Origin: an uncultured Methanosarcinales archaeon
Lineage (GTDB): Archaea; Nanobdellota; Nanobdellia; Woesearchaeales; CALCXY01
NCBI GenBank assembly: GCA_964385185.1
Contig: CAYLOA010000003.1
Span: 1 to 64,000 of the forward strand
Direction of reading: 5' to 3'
DNA: 64,000 bases
Both the position numbers and the translations under genes were made by a program. This document shows positions 10,265 through 19,673 of this stretch, piece by piece. Under the pieces are notes generated by a model that ran no database searches, was not told the DNA's origin, and worked only from the letters and a program-made list of their open reading frames with translations. Position 1 is the stretch's first letter. Each line of letters starts with the position of its first letter.

Positions 10265-11029
10265 ATGGTAAATTACGTCTATAAAGTGGGTAAGATTAAG
10301 AAAGAATATTCAGAATGCCCTAGTTTTAAAGAAAGTAAAGAAGTGAGTGTTGTTTTGCCAACGTATAATGAAGAAGAAGGAATTAAACGAATGATTGATT
10401 CTCTTATAGAGATTCTCAAAGGAAAGTACAAATATGAGATTATTGTGGTGGATGATAATAGCACCGATAGAACTCCAGAGATAATTGATAGTTATAGTAA
10501 AGATAATGTTGTTGCTTTACACCGACATCATGTTAAGGGAATCTTTACTGCGATTGTTGATGGAATTAAAGTAGCTCGGAGTAATAATGTCATTATGATG
10601 GATGCTGATTTTAGTCATCCTCCTGCAAAGATACCTGAAATGTTAAGTTATTTGCCAGAAGCAGATATTGTAAGTTGCAGTAGGTTTGCAAGAGGAGGCG
10701 GAGTTGAGATGCCAGCTTTCAAGAAATTAGCTACGGTGAGTTTGAATACTTGTTTACGATTTATGTTAGGATTAAAAGTGACTGACTTTACAGGAGGTTT
10801 TCATGCTTTGAAAAGAGATAAGTTTTTATCATTACCTTTCAAATATAAAGCTCAATGGGGAGAATTTGATATGGAATTATTTTATCGAGCTTTAAGGAGA
10901 GGGTATGTCATTAAGGAGATTCCTTTTGTGTATAAATACAGAGAGGAAGGTCAATCTAAAAGTCAAAGTTATATTAAATATGCATACCTGTATTGGAAAC
11001 GAGCATTGCAGTTGAGGTTTCAAGGATGA
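10265..11029 (+). CDS. GT2 glycosyltransferase (DPM1-like)
   Basis: VVLPTYNE, VDDNSTD, MDADFSHPP, D-TGGF. Confidence 0.92.
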   Translation: MVNYVYKVGKIKKEYSECPSFKESKEVSVVLPTYNEEEGIKRMIDSLIEILKGKYKYEIIVVDDNSTDRTPEIIDSYSKDNVVALHRHHVKGIFTAIVDGIKVARSNNVIMMDADFSHPPAKIPEMLSYLPEADIVSCSRFARGGGVEMPAFKKLATVSLNTCLRFMLGLKVTDFTGGFHALKRDKFLSLPFKYKAQWGEFDMELFYRALRRGYVIKEIPFVYKYREEGQSKSQSYIKYAYLYWKRALQLRFQG

Positions 11030-12129
11030 GCGATTTTATACCTGTGTATGAACCGACTTTGTATGGAAATGAGTTGAAGTATGCAACTGATGCTATTAAG
11101 AGTACATGGATTAGTAGTTTAGGTAAATATATTGCTCTTTTTGAATCTGGTTTTGCTCAATTTATTGGTTGTAAAACAGGGGTAGCTGTGTGTAATGGAA
11201 CTGCTGCTTTACATGTTGCTTTACGAGGGTTAGATATTGGAAAAGGGGACGAAGTCATTGTTCCTGATTTAACATTTGTAGCTACGGCTAATGTGGTGAA
11301 GTATTGTAACGCTGATCCTGTATTTGTTGATGTGGTGAAAGATACTTGGCAGATTGATCCTGTAGCTATTGAAAAAGCTATTACTAAGAAAACAAAAGCG
11401 ATTATTGTTGTTCATCTTTATGGCCATCCTGCTGAGATGGATGCTATTATGGACATTGCTAAAAAACATAATCTTAAAGTTATTGAAGATGCTGCAGAGG
11501 CTCACGGAGCTGAGTATCATGGGCAGAAAGTAGGGAGTATTGGAGATGTAGGCTGTTTTAGTTTTTATGGAAATAAGATGATCACTACCGGTGAAGGAGG
11601 GATTATTGTTTGTAATGATTCCAAACTTGCTGAACGGATGAGATTTTTAAAAGATCATGCAATGGATCATGATAAAAGATACTATCATCCTGAGATTGGA
11701 TTTAATTATAGGATGACGAATGTTCAGGCAGCAATTGGACTTGGACAGTTAGAACATATCGAAGATGCTATTGATCATAAAAGAAAGATTGCAAAACTGT
11801 ATAATTCAATGTTAGAAGGTATTAAAGGAATTACTTTACCCCCTGAGAAGGATGGAATGAAAAATACCTATTGGATGTATTCTATTTTGGTGGGAAAGGA
11901 ATTTGGGATGACTCGTGATGAGCTGGGTAAGAAATTACAAGAGATGGAGATTGGTACACGTCCTTTCTTTATTCCTATGCATTTGTTGCCTCCTTACAAA
12001 GATGATGGTAAGAAATTTCCAAATAGTGCTTTATTGGGTGAACAAGGTCTTAATTTACCGAGTAGTGCTGAATTGACTGAGAAGGAGATTCGAAAGGTAT
12101 GTGAAACTATACGAGGTCTTGCTCAATGA
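11026..12129 (+). CDS. Second DegT/DnrJ aminotransferase, GDP-perosamine synthase-like
   Basis: WISSLG, NGTAALH, EDAAEAHG, SFYGNKMITTGEGG, GFNYRMTN; ATGA overlap. Confidence 0.92.
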   Translation: MSDFIPVYEPTLYGNELKYATDAIKSTWISSLGKYIALFESGFAQFIGCKTGVAVCNGTAALHVALRGLDIGKGDEVIVPDLTFVATANVVKYCNADPVFVDVVKDTWQIDPVAIEKAITKKTKAIIVVHLYGHPAEMDAIMDIAKKHNLKVIEDAAEAHGAEYHGQKVGSIGDVGCFSFYGNKMITTGEGGIIVCNDSKLAERMRFLKDHAMDHDKRYYHPEIGFNYRMTNVQAAIGLGQLEHIEDAIDHKRKIAKLYNSMLEGIKGITLPPEKDGMKNTYWMYSILVGKEFGMTRDELGKKLQEMEIGTRPFFIPMHLLPPYKDDGKKFPNSALLGEQGLNLPSSAELTEKEIRKVCETIRGLAQ

Positions 12130-13742
12130 AGTTTGGCTATAAAGACATTATTTTAGTTACGATTCTTTTTATGGTTACGTTTTTTGTATGGACACAACCT
12201 TTACATGAAAATCATGGCCCTTTTGGAGAGGGAGATAGTGCCTGGCATTTCGCTAACGGTGATCCACAGTATCAAATGGATAAAAGTACAACCATGATGC
12301 CACATTTTATTAGTATTTGGTATTATAATTTGTCTTCGTTAGGTCCTGATGTTCCTGAGTATCCACCTCCTAATCATCTTAATTATGCGTTAATGCAGAT
12401 TGGTGGTGGAGAGAGGATTTTGAGTCCGTTTATTTATATTGCTTTAACGTGTGCATTAGGGGTGTTTACAACTTTCTTTTTGGTTCGTAGATTATTTGGG
12501 ACTTGGCAAGCATTTATTGCAGGATTTGGATTAATCTTTTCTATGAGAGAAGTTATGTTGTATCTTTGGGGACAACGACCCACGATGGTGAGTTTTGTAT
12601 TTATTCCTATGATTTTGTATTGTTTGTATATGTATTTTCATGGCTATTATGCTAAGAAGGAGAAACCGATTTATTTGTACCTTTTAGTGTTGTTAATTGG
12701 AGGACAGTTTTTACTACATATCCAAGGATCTGTGGTTACTTTCTTAGTTGCTGTTGGATTCATGGGATTAATGTTATTGAAATATAGGAAATTTCCTGTA
12801 TCAAAAAGAAATGCAAAGCATATGAGTATTGCTTTAGTTGTTTTGTTGGTTATTATTCTACCTTTTGCTCCTATTTATTATGGTCTTGAGTTAGGGGAGG
12901 CAAGTGGAGTAAAAGCACCGTTGTCTTTCTTGTTTAAGTGGGCACCTCCTTCAAATACATTCCAAGGGAGTTATCCTCCTTCGTATGCTGATACACATAA
13001 TCATTATCCTTCTGTGTTATTGTTTTTGGTTATATTGGGGTTAGGAATTACCGTTTATCGACGTAAAGATAGAGATTTATTATTGTTAGGATGGTTATTT
13101 GGAATTTATATTGCATTTCACTTTAATGTTATTTTAGGAACTTCTGGTCCAAGGATTGTTCGAATGTTGGTAGCAGAACCTCCTCTATTTTTTGCATTGA
13201 TTGGTGTGGGACTGATAGGTGGTGTGAGTATGTTACCGATTAAGAAACAGTTTAAATCTTGGGCTAAAGTGTTGGTTGTGGTATTGTTTGTTGTATTGAT
13301 ATTACAAGTTAAAGCTCCTGAAGTAAATCAAACTCTGAGTGGAGCGTATGGAGGATTAGGGAGGTTAACACCTCAACAGATTGAGGCTGCTAATTGGATT
13401 TTGAATTCAGATATTCCTGAGGGTGCGTTTATCTATAATGAAGGGACATTAACTTTTCCTAAAGCTCGATGGTTCTTAGCATTGAGTAATCGTCACGTAG
13501 CCCAATGGTATGGTGCTCGACGTAATTTATCCACTATTAAATATGAGCCTGGAGAGGAGTATTTTATTTTTGATTATTCAGATCTAGCTTATTTACAAGA
13601 GAATCCTCAGTATGCTGAGGAGATTCGAAAAGCTCAAAATTTAGAGGAGCACAATTTTAAGGATATTCGACCTTTGTATAATGCTAATAATATACGGATA
13701 TACAAAGTTGGAGATAGATTGGAGGCACCAAATGAAACTTGA
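12126..13742 (+). CDS. Multi-pass membrane protein, GT-C-like glycosyltransferase
   Basis: First-loop GDSAWH and YPP motifs, about 11-13 TM segments, soluble C-domain starting EAANWI...IPEG. Confidence 0.7.
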   Translation: MKFGYKDIILVTILFMVTFFVWTQPLHENHGPFGEGDSAWHFANGDPQYQMDKSTTMMPHFISIWYYNLSSLGPDVPEYPPPNHLNYALMQIGGGERILSPFIYIALTCALGVFTTFFLVRRLFGTWQAFIAGFGLIFSMREVMLYLWGQRPTMVSFVFIPMILYCLYMYFHGYYAKKEKPIYLYLLVLLIGGQFLLHIQGSVVTFLVAVGFMGLMLLKYRKFPVSKRNAKHMSIALVVLLVIILPFAPIYYGLELGEASGVKAPLSFLFKWAPPSNTFQGSYPPSYADTHNHYPSVLLFLVILGLGITVYRRKDRDLLLLGWLFGIYIAFHFNVILGTSGPRIVRMLVAEPPLFFALIGVGLIGGVSMLPIKKQFKSWAKVLVVVLFVVLILQVKAPEVNQTLSGAYGGLGRLTPQQIEAANWILNSDIPEGAFIYNEGTLTFPKARWFLALSNRHVAQWYGARRNLSTIKYEPGEEYFIFDYSDLAYLQENPQYAEEIRKAQNLEEHNFKDIRPLYNANNIRIYKVGDRLEAPNET

Positions 13743-14064
13743 TAATCGATGGTTAGTGGGATTAGGGGTTTTATTGAGCTTAATTTTAAGTTTTAAGTTA
13801 TTTGGTTTTGTAGGTTTACGTACTTTACTTGCTTTGATTATTATATTTATAATTCCAAGTTATTTTATTTTGAGAACGTTTGATTTGGAGACTGATGAGG
13901 TTGTCTTTATTTCTCTGTTTTTAGGATTAAGTTTAGGTAGTTTATCAGTATATTACATTAATAGAATCATTCCTTCTCTTACTATGAGTTTAGGTTTTAT
14001 GATCGTTCTTGGTGTGCTTATTGGTCTTTTTTTACATAGACGAAAGCAATATAGCAAGAAATAA
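13732..14064 (+). CDS. Small 4-TM membrane protein (DUF1616-N-like)
   Basis: GGAGG RBS at 13721; FIIPSY...E...LGLSL pattern. Confidence 0.7.
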   Translation: MKLDNRWLVGLGVLLSLILSFKLFGFVGLRTLLALIIIFIIPSYFILRTFDLETDEVVFISLFLGLSLGSLSVYYINRIIPSLTMSLGFMIVLGVLIGLFLHRRKQYSKK

Positions 14065-14377
14065 GGTTTAAGAGCAAGGGTAGCCATAAGAAGTGATAGT
14101 TTACATTGGCTCCTAGTAATCCTGCATAATAACTGATTGTTCCTACGAGGGATAATCCTATACCTGAACCGACTATTATTTGTTCTAGGAAAGAGAACTT
14201 GTCTTTCCAGTAGTATAATAAGATAAATCCTGGTAGGATGAAAGCCCATGTGTAAGTTAGAACCACTTTTATTATTGTGAATAATGTCTCATTTTTTAGG
14301 ATTATTTTCATGATTATTGTGAAAACTAGTAAGAGAATTCCTAAGTTAGTTGCATCTTTCTTAATTTTGTCCCACAC
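14018..14377 (-). CDS. Small 4-TM membrane protein, paralog of 13732-14064
   Basis: GAGGTGA RBS then GTG14377; FILPGF...EQ...IGLSL pattern. Confidence 0.7.
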   Translation of the reverse strand: MWDKIKKDATNLGILLLVFTIIMKIILKNETLFTIIKVVLTYTWAFILPGFILLYYWKDKFSFLEQIIVGSGIGLSLVGTISYYAGLLGANVNYHFLWLPLLLNLISCYIAFVYVKKDQ

Positions 14378-16013
14378 AGTCTTCACCTCTGTTATTGTTT
14401 TTCATTACACTTACTATTCTGTTTGTAAATACATCTTCCATTCCATGATTTCTGAAATTATCTGTTATGAGTTTGTTAAATTGTGGTAATCTATCATCTC
14501 TTGAGACGGTGTCGTAAATATAGTAGTCGAAATCGCAAATGTCAAATCGTTGTCCATGTCTAAATTCATCGGTTTCTTTTAAGTGATAGTTTACTTTTAG
14601 GAATCCACCCCAGTAGGGATACCAATTTACGTTATCTCCATAGATGTTTATGAGATAATCTCTTTGTGTTGGATTGGCTTGGAGTGTGTTGAAGTAGTCA
14701 TTTTCATCGATTTTGTAGGGAACACGTTTAACACTTAAGATGTAGTTAGTCTGTCCAAATTGATCTCCGTAGAGGAATAATAGCTTAGTGTCTTCTGGCG
14801 TGTTTTCTTGTATCCAAGTATATGCGTCCCAATGGTAGGGATCCATCATTCCTGGTGATGAAAATCTTTCATAGTGTGGTAGTGATAATGCAGATGCAAC
14901 ACCCATAGTGTTTAGGAATACTAAAAGTAGGAGGATGGAGATGGTGTAGGAGTAGTATACATTGTATTTTTTTAGGACTGTTTTTAGTCCATAGTAGAGT
15001 GGTAATCCTATGAATATACTCAAGTAGATGGGCCAAAAGTATCTTAGTTGGAATGCACGGCTGTGGAATCCGATGTAGTTTGTATATCCCATGATCATAA
15101 AAAAGATTGCAGCTGTTGTTGCAATATGTGATTTTTTTTGGAATAATAGGATTAATGAGATTATGAATCCAGTTAGTAGGATGAATGCGAGGATTCCAAA
15201 CATGGCCATTTGGACTGTAGGAGAGCCACCTGCTGCTTTTACTACGCTGAAAGAATAGGCTTGGCCCTTTGCCCAGGTGTTTTGGAAGATGAAGAAGTAA
15301 TAGCTTATGATTACTAAGGAGATGATTCCGGCTATAACTGATGTTTTTATTCTCTCTTTTATTTTTGTTTTTTCGTATATTGTAATTAATAAGAAGAATG
15401 CTATGAATAAGAATCCAATAATTGCTTCACTTGTGTGTGTGAGGAAAGTTGCTATGAAGAATATTGAGATCAAGAGGTATGATTTCTTTAGGTCAATGTT
15501 TTTCATGGCCCATACAATTCCTAATAAGAAGAATTGAGCTAGTAATGATGGCCAATGTCCCCAGGTGAATCCTGTGTAGGCAGCTCCAGAGAAGATTAAT
15601 AATGAGAAGGGTAAGGAGATGATTGCTATATGTTTATTGTAGTCTTTTATTATGAGGTAGGTGAGGAATGCTGCTGAGATTGCTGCTAGGAATACTATGA
15701 GTAAGATGGTGTCATATGTTTCTAAACCTGATAGATCACTGAAGATAATTGCTAAGTGGAAGATTATAGGAGGATAGTCTCCTATTACGTCTTCATATCC
15801 GTAACTTTGAAATGGAGCTCTTGTTTTGTATGATTCTGTGTCTTTAATTCCATCTGTTCTTACCCAATGTTGGAATGCATCTCCTGCTAGATAGGAATAG
15901 GGGTAGTCATGTGATAGTTTGTTATCCCAAAGGTTGGAAACTCCTGTTTGTAGTAATGTTGCGAATATGATTAATAAGAAAACATGTTCTAATTTGATTT
16001 TAGGTAAGGACAT
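14361..16013 (-). CDS. Multi-pass GT-C-like membrane protein, paralog of 12126-13742
   Basis: GDAFQH, YPP, WGHWP and DAYTWIQENTPED motifs align with the + strand paralog. Confidence 0.7.
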   Translation of the reverse strand: MSLPKIKLEHVFLLIIFATLLQTGVSNLWDNKLSHDYPYSYLAGDAFQHWVRTDGIKDTESYKTRAPFQSYGYEDVIGDYPPIIFHLAIIFSDLSGLETYDTILLIVFLAAISAAFLTYLIIKDYNKHIAIISLPFSLLIFSGAAYTGFTWGHWPSLLAQFFLLGIVWAMKNIDLKKSYLLISIFFIATFLTHTSEAIIGFLFIAFFLLITIYEKTKIKERIKTSVIAGIISLVIISYYFFIFQNTWAKGQAYSFSVVKAAGGSPTVQMAMFGILAFILLTGFIISLILLFQKKSHIATTAAIFFMIMGYTNYIGFHSRAFQLRYFWPIYLSIFIGLPLYYGLKTVLKKYNVYYSYTISILLLLVFLNTMGVASALSLPHYERFSSPGMMDPYHWDAYTWIQENTPEDTKLLFLYGDQFGQTNYILSVKRVPYKIDENDYFNTLQANPTQRDYLINIYGDNVNWYPYWGGFLKVNYHLKETDEFRHGQRFDICDFDYYIYDTVSRDDRLPQFNKLITDNFRNHGMEDVFTNRIVSVMKNNNRGEDCVGQN

Positions 16014-16035
16014 ACTTGTTGATTGAAGGAGGATT

Positions 16036-16545
16036 TTATAAGGTTTGTTGTTGGATCTTCTTAAAATCTATATGTTTGTCTAATAGGACTATGGCGTCTG
16101 GGCAGAATTGATATTTTTTTCTTAATTCTGGGATTTGGTCTATCAGGACAAACATTCCTTGTTCTATTTTCTCAGTATTCATTTTTACTTTGTTTGCTCT
16201 ACAGACATAGAGTCTTCCAATGTAATTTTCTTCTTTTGAAACAAATGGCCATTTGAAGAGAAATGTAACTTCAGTATTTTTTATTCCTGTTTCTTCTTCA
16301 AGTTCTCTTTTAGTTGCTTCTTCGAAGTCTTCTCCCGTTGCTACTCCACCACCACATTTGATGTCATACATTCCAGGATTTCTTGATCGTTTTTTTGATC
16401 TTTGATGGATGTATAATTCATCTTTATCATTAAATATCATGGTGGCAACTCCTCTATGCCAGAGATGTTGTTTTAGAATTTCAGTTCTCTCTAATTGATA
16501 GAGTACTTTATCGTCTTTATCTACTACATCCATTATTTCTTTCAT
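16036..16545 (-). CDS. NUDIX hydrolase (Idi/YfcD-like)
   Basis: WHRGV, HQRS, GGGVATGEDFEEATKRELEEETG Nudix box. Confidence 0.9.
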   Translation of the reverse strand: MKEIMDVVDKDDKVLYQLERTEILKQHLWHRGVATMIFNDKDELYIHQRSKKRSRNPGMYDIKCGGGVATGEDFEEATKRELEEETGIKNTEVTFLFKWPFVSKEENYIGRLYVCRANKVKMNTEKIEQGMFVLIDQIPELRKKYQFCPDAIVLLDKHIDFKKIQQQTL

Positions 16546-16578
16546 TTTGTAGGTAAATGAGTTCTTATTTATAAAAAC

Positions 16579-17580
16579 TTACAATTCTTTCTCAATACCT
16601 TCAGCTAAGGCTTCTGGGGTGAGGGTAGTTACTAATGTGCCTTTCTTGAGGACTTCTTTGTGGGAACCTATGTCGAAGCAGACAGCTTTCTTGTTCATGG
16701 TGTTTGCTTCTACTATGGGAATATCGAAACCTTCCCATAATGAGGCTGTTACGTAGAGGTCTGAAGCTGCATAGTAATAAGGTAGTAGTTTGTCTGGGAC
16801 AAAACCTGTGAAGATAACACTTTCTTTTGTTATTGCTTTTAGTTCTTTAGTGTAGTCTGGGAATGTTTGTTTGCCTATGATTACTAAAGTGGAATTCTTG
16901 TGTTTGTTTTTTATGATTTTGAATGCTTCTAGTAATCCATGGATGTTTTTATGGGGTGATATTCTTCCTACATAGAGTAAGACTGGTGAAGTAAGATTAT
17001 GTTTTTCTTTGATATTTTTTCCATTGATATCTGGTTTAAATCTTTCTTTGTCAATAGGGACATATTCTACTGTTCCTGTCTGTCCTGTTCTCTTGTTCAT
17101 TTCTTTTCTCAAGAAATCAGAGATAAATATGAGTTCATCAGCGTTAGCTATTGATTTATCTGAGAATCTAGTAAATAATTTGAGATAGATTCTTTCTGAG
17201 AGTTTTCTGAATAAATTAGGGTGGGCCACACCAGCATCATGGTAGGTATATTTTAGGTTGAATTTTTTCTTAGCTTTAGATGCTATGATTGTCATAGGGT
17301 ATAAGTGGGCTATTACTTTGTCAAAGTCTTTGAGTTGGTTTACAGCATTATTTACTTTCCAAGGAAAGAGGAAGTAGAATAATCTGTAGATTCTTTGCAT
17401 GAATACTGAAGAAGGCATTCCTAGGGTGACAACTTCAGCTAGGTTGGTATCTATGTCTTTCTCAAAGCAGAAAACAGTTACTTCATGACCTTGTTCTTTG
17501 AAGGTTTTTAGGTTTTGTTCGATCAATCTATCTATACCTGAAAACTTCGAAAATGTGGGATTTAATATAGCAATTTTCAT
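16579..17580 (-). CDS. GT4 glycosyltransferase
   Basis: YVGRISPHKN, SLWEGFDIPIVEA. Confidence 0.92.
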   Translation of the reverse strand: MKIAILNPTFSKFSGIDRLIEQNLKTFKEQGHEVTVFCFEKDIDTNLAEVVTLGMPSSVFMQRIYRLFYFLFPWKVNNAVNQLKDFDKVIAHLYPMTIIASKAKKKFNLKYTYHDAGVAHPNLFRKLSERIYLKLFTRFSDKSIANADELIFISDFLRKEMNKRTGQTGTVEYVPIDKERFKPDINGKNIKEKHNLTSPVLLYVGRISPHKNIHGLLEAFKIIKNKHKNSTLVIIGKQTFPDYTKELKAITKESVIFTGFVPDKLLPYYYAASDLYVTASLWEGFDIPIVEANTMNKKAVCFDIGSHKEVLKKGTLVTTLTPEALAEGIEKEL

Positions 17581-17645
17581 AGTAATTTAGTTGTTTTAGA
17601 CGGTTTATAAGAGTTATGAATAGAAGATTTTAAGTAAACTTTGGT

Positions 17646-17686
17646 AGCACCACCACTGGCACCCACAGGGTGCAGTAGTGGTGGCT
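17646..17686. repeat. GC-rich imperfect inverted repeat between divergent genes
   Basis: CCACCACT(17650-57)/AGTGGTGG(17677-84) enclosing GCACCC-ACA-GGGTGC. Confidence 0.7.
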
Positions 17687-17791
17687 GGATTATGGATAGA
17701 TGTTTTCCACCATATGGCTATTTCTTCACCATAACTCTTAAAAACAAAAAGGGATTCCAAATTATTATCGTGAAATTTGATTGGGGTAAAG

Positions 17792-18487
17792 ATGAGTAAA
17801 GAATTATCAATTATTATACCAACATTTAATGAAGCTAAGAATATTTCTATTCTTATTAAGGATATAGATACTACTTTAAGGGGGAAGATAGATTACGAGA
17901 TTATTGTTGCTGATGATGATAGTCCAGACAGGACTTGGGAAGTTGCAAAAAATCTAACTAAAGAGTATCCAGTGATTGTTCTCAGAAGAATGAAAAATAA
18001 AGGTTTATCACCTGCTGTAGTTGAGGGATTTAGTCATGCAACAGGAAAGATCATAGGGGTGATGGATGCAGATTTTAGCCATCCTCCTAAATACATCCTT
18101 AAGTTTATGAAAGCCTTTAACAATCCAGAAATAGATATTGTATGGGGTAGTAGATTGGTAGAGGGTGGGGGCGTTGAGGAGTGGCCCATTATGAGAAAAG
18201 TAATCTCTGAGGTTGCTAGATTGTTTGTACGACCCTTAACCAGTATAAAAGATACCATGAGTGGTTACTTTTTTTTTAGGGCACCCATACTGGAAGGGGT
18301 GGAGTTAAAACCAAGAGGATATAAGATTGGGTTGGAAATCGTTGTGAGATGTCCCCATAAGAAGGCAGTGGAGATACCCTATATCTTTAGGAACAGAGAG
18401 GTAGGTTATAGTAAACTTAGCACAAAAATCTATATTCAATATCTTATTCAAGTGCTCATACTCTATTGGAGCAAACTTGTAAAATAA
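17792..18487 (+). CDS. Polyprenol-monophosphomannose synthase-like GT2
   Basis: IIIPTFNE, DDDSPD, GLSPAV, MDADFSHPP, D-MSGYF, GYKIGLE. Confidence 0.92.
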   Translation: MSKELSIIIPTFNEAKNISILIKDIDTTLRGKIDYEIIVADDDSPDRTWEVAKNLTKEYPVIVLRRMKNKGLSPAVVEGFSHATGKIIGVMDADFSHPPKYILKFMKAFNNPEIDIVWGSRLVEGGGVEEWPIMRKVISEVARLFVRPLTSIKDTMSGYFFFRAPILEGVELKPRGYKIGLEIVVRCPHKKAVEIPYIFRNREVGYSKLSTKIYIQYLIQVLILYWSKLVK

Positions 18488-18569
18488 GTAGTATGTATTC
18501 AAAATTATTTCAACTGCAGTTTAACTCCCCATAGTAAGCTATTTAAATAATGACAGATTTTAGAATCAG

Positions 18570-19673
18570 ATGAATAAAGCAAAATTGGCCTACAATGCTT
18601 ACGTTTCTCAGAAGGAACCTATTAGTTTAGTACATTTTGTGACTAATAGGTGTAACGCTCGGTGTAAACATTGTTTTATTGATTTTGATGATCCTGAAAC
18701 GTTTAAAGGAGATTTGAGCCTAGAAGAAATTGATAAGATGACTAAAACAATGGGTAAGAGTTTATTGAATGTCAATTTAACAGGTGGTGAGCCGTTATTA
18801 CATCCACAATTCTATGAAGTTGTACAACTGTATTTCAAAAATACTACAGTAGAGTCTGTTTATGTTAATACTAATGGTAATTATACTGATATGACTAAGA
18901 AATTAATTGAACGATTTATTGAGAGTGGTGTGAAAGGTAAATTGTTCTTTTCTATTTCACTTGATAACTTTAAAGAAGATCATGATAAAAATAGAAGATT
19001 GGAAGGATTGTATGAGAATGCTATGAAGACCTATCATATGATTCATGCATTCAAGAATCCTAATATTACGTGTAACATTGGTATTACAGTAACCGGACAT
19101 AATTATGCAAATGTAGTTCCTTTGTATCACCATTTGCGAAAAGAGGGTGTTACTTCTATGTCTGCGATTATTATGCGTGAAGAAGGTATAATTAAGAAAA
19201 TTCCTGATCAAGTTAAGAAGAATATCTTAGATGCTTATGTTGAATTAACAGATCAAATTAAAAAAGATCATCTTAAAGGAGATATTCATGGATATGGAGA
19301 TCATTTACAAGGGACGTTAATGAATGCTAAGAACTTTTTAGTGTATGATAAAATTAAAGAATCCTATCTAGATCCTCATTTTATTTCTCATTGTCCTGCA
19401 GGTGCTCTTTTTGGAGTTATCTACAACAATGGAGATGTCTATCCTTGTGAGATTTTGTATGAAAATAAATTGGGTAGTTTACGAGAGTATGATATGAATT
19501 TTATGAAACTTTGGGGTAATGCTGAGACAAAGAAGTGTAAGAAATTTATCAAAGATACTGATTGTAATTGCACGTATGAATGTGCCTGGTCTATTAATAC
19601 TATTTCAAATGCTAAACACGTTCCTAAATTGTTTGGAAATAGTGTTCAATTATGGAAGAATGGTGCTAAGTAG
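18570..19673 (+). CDS. Radical SAM protein with SPASM/twitch domain
   Basis: CNARCKHC, TGGEP, CPAG, GDVYPCE, CNCTYEC. Confidence 0.9.
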   Translation: MNKAKLAYNAYVSQKEPISLVHFVTNRCNARCKHCFIDFDDPETFKGDLSLEEIDKMTKTMGKSLLNVNLTGGEPLLHPQFYEVVQLYFKNTTVESVYVNTNGNYTDMTKKLIERFIESGVKGKLFFSISLDNFKEDHDKNRRLEGLYENAMKTYHMIHAFKNPNITCNIGITVTGHNYANVVPLYHHLRKEGVTSMSAIIMREEGIIKKIPDQVKKNILDAYVELTDQIKKDHLKGDIHGYGDHLQGTLMNAKNFLVYDKIKESYLDPHFISHCPAGALFGVIYNNGDVYPCEILYENKLGSLREYDMNFMKLWGNAETKKCKKFIKDTDCNCTYECAWSINTISNAKHVPKLFGNSVQLWKNGAK

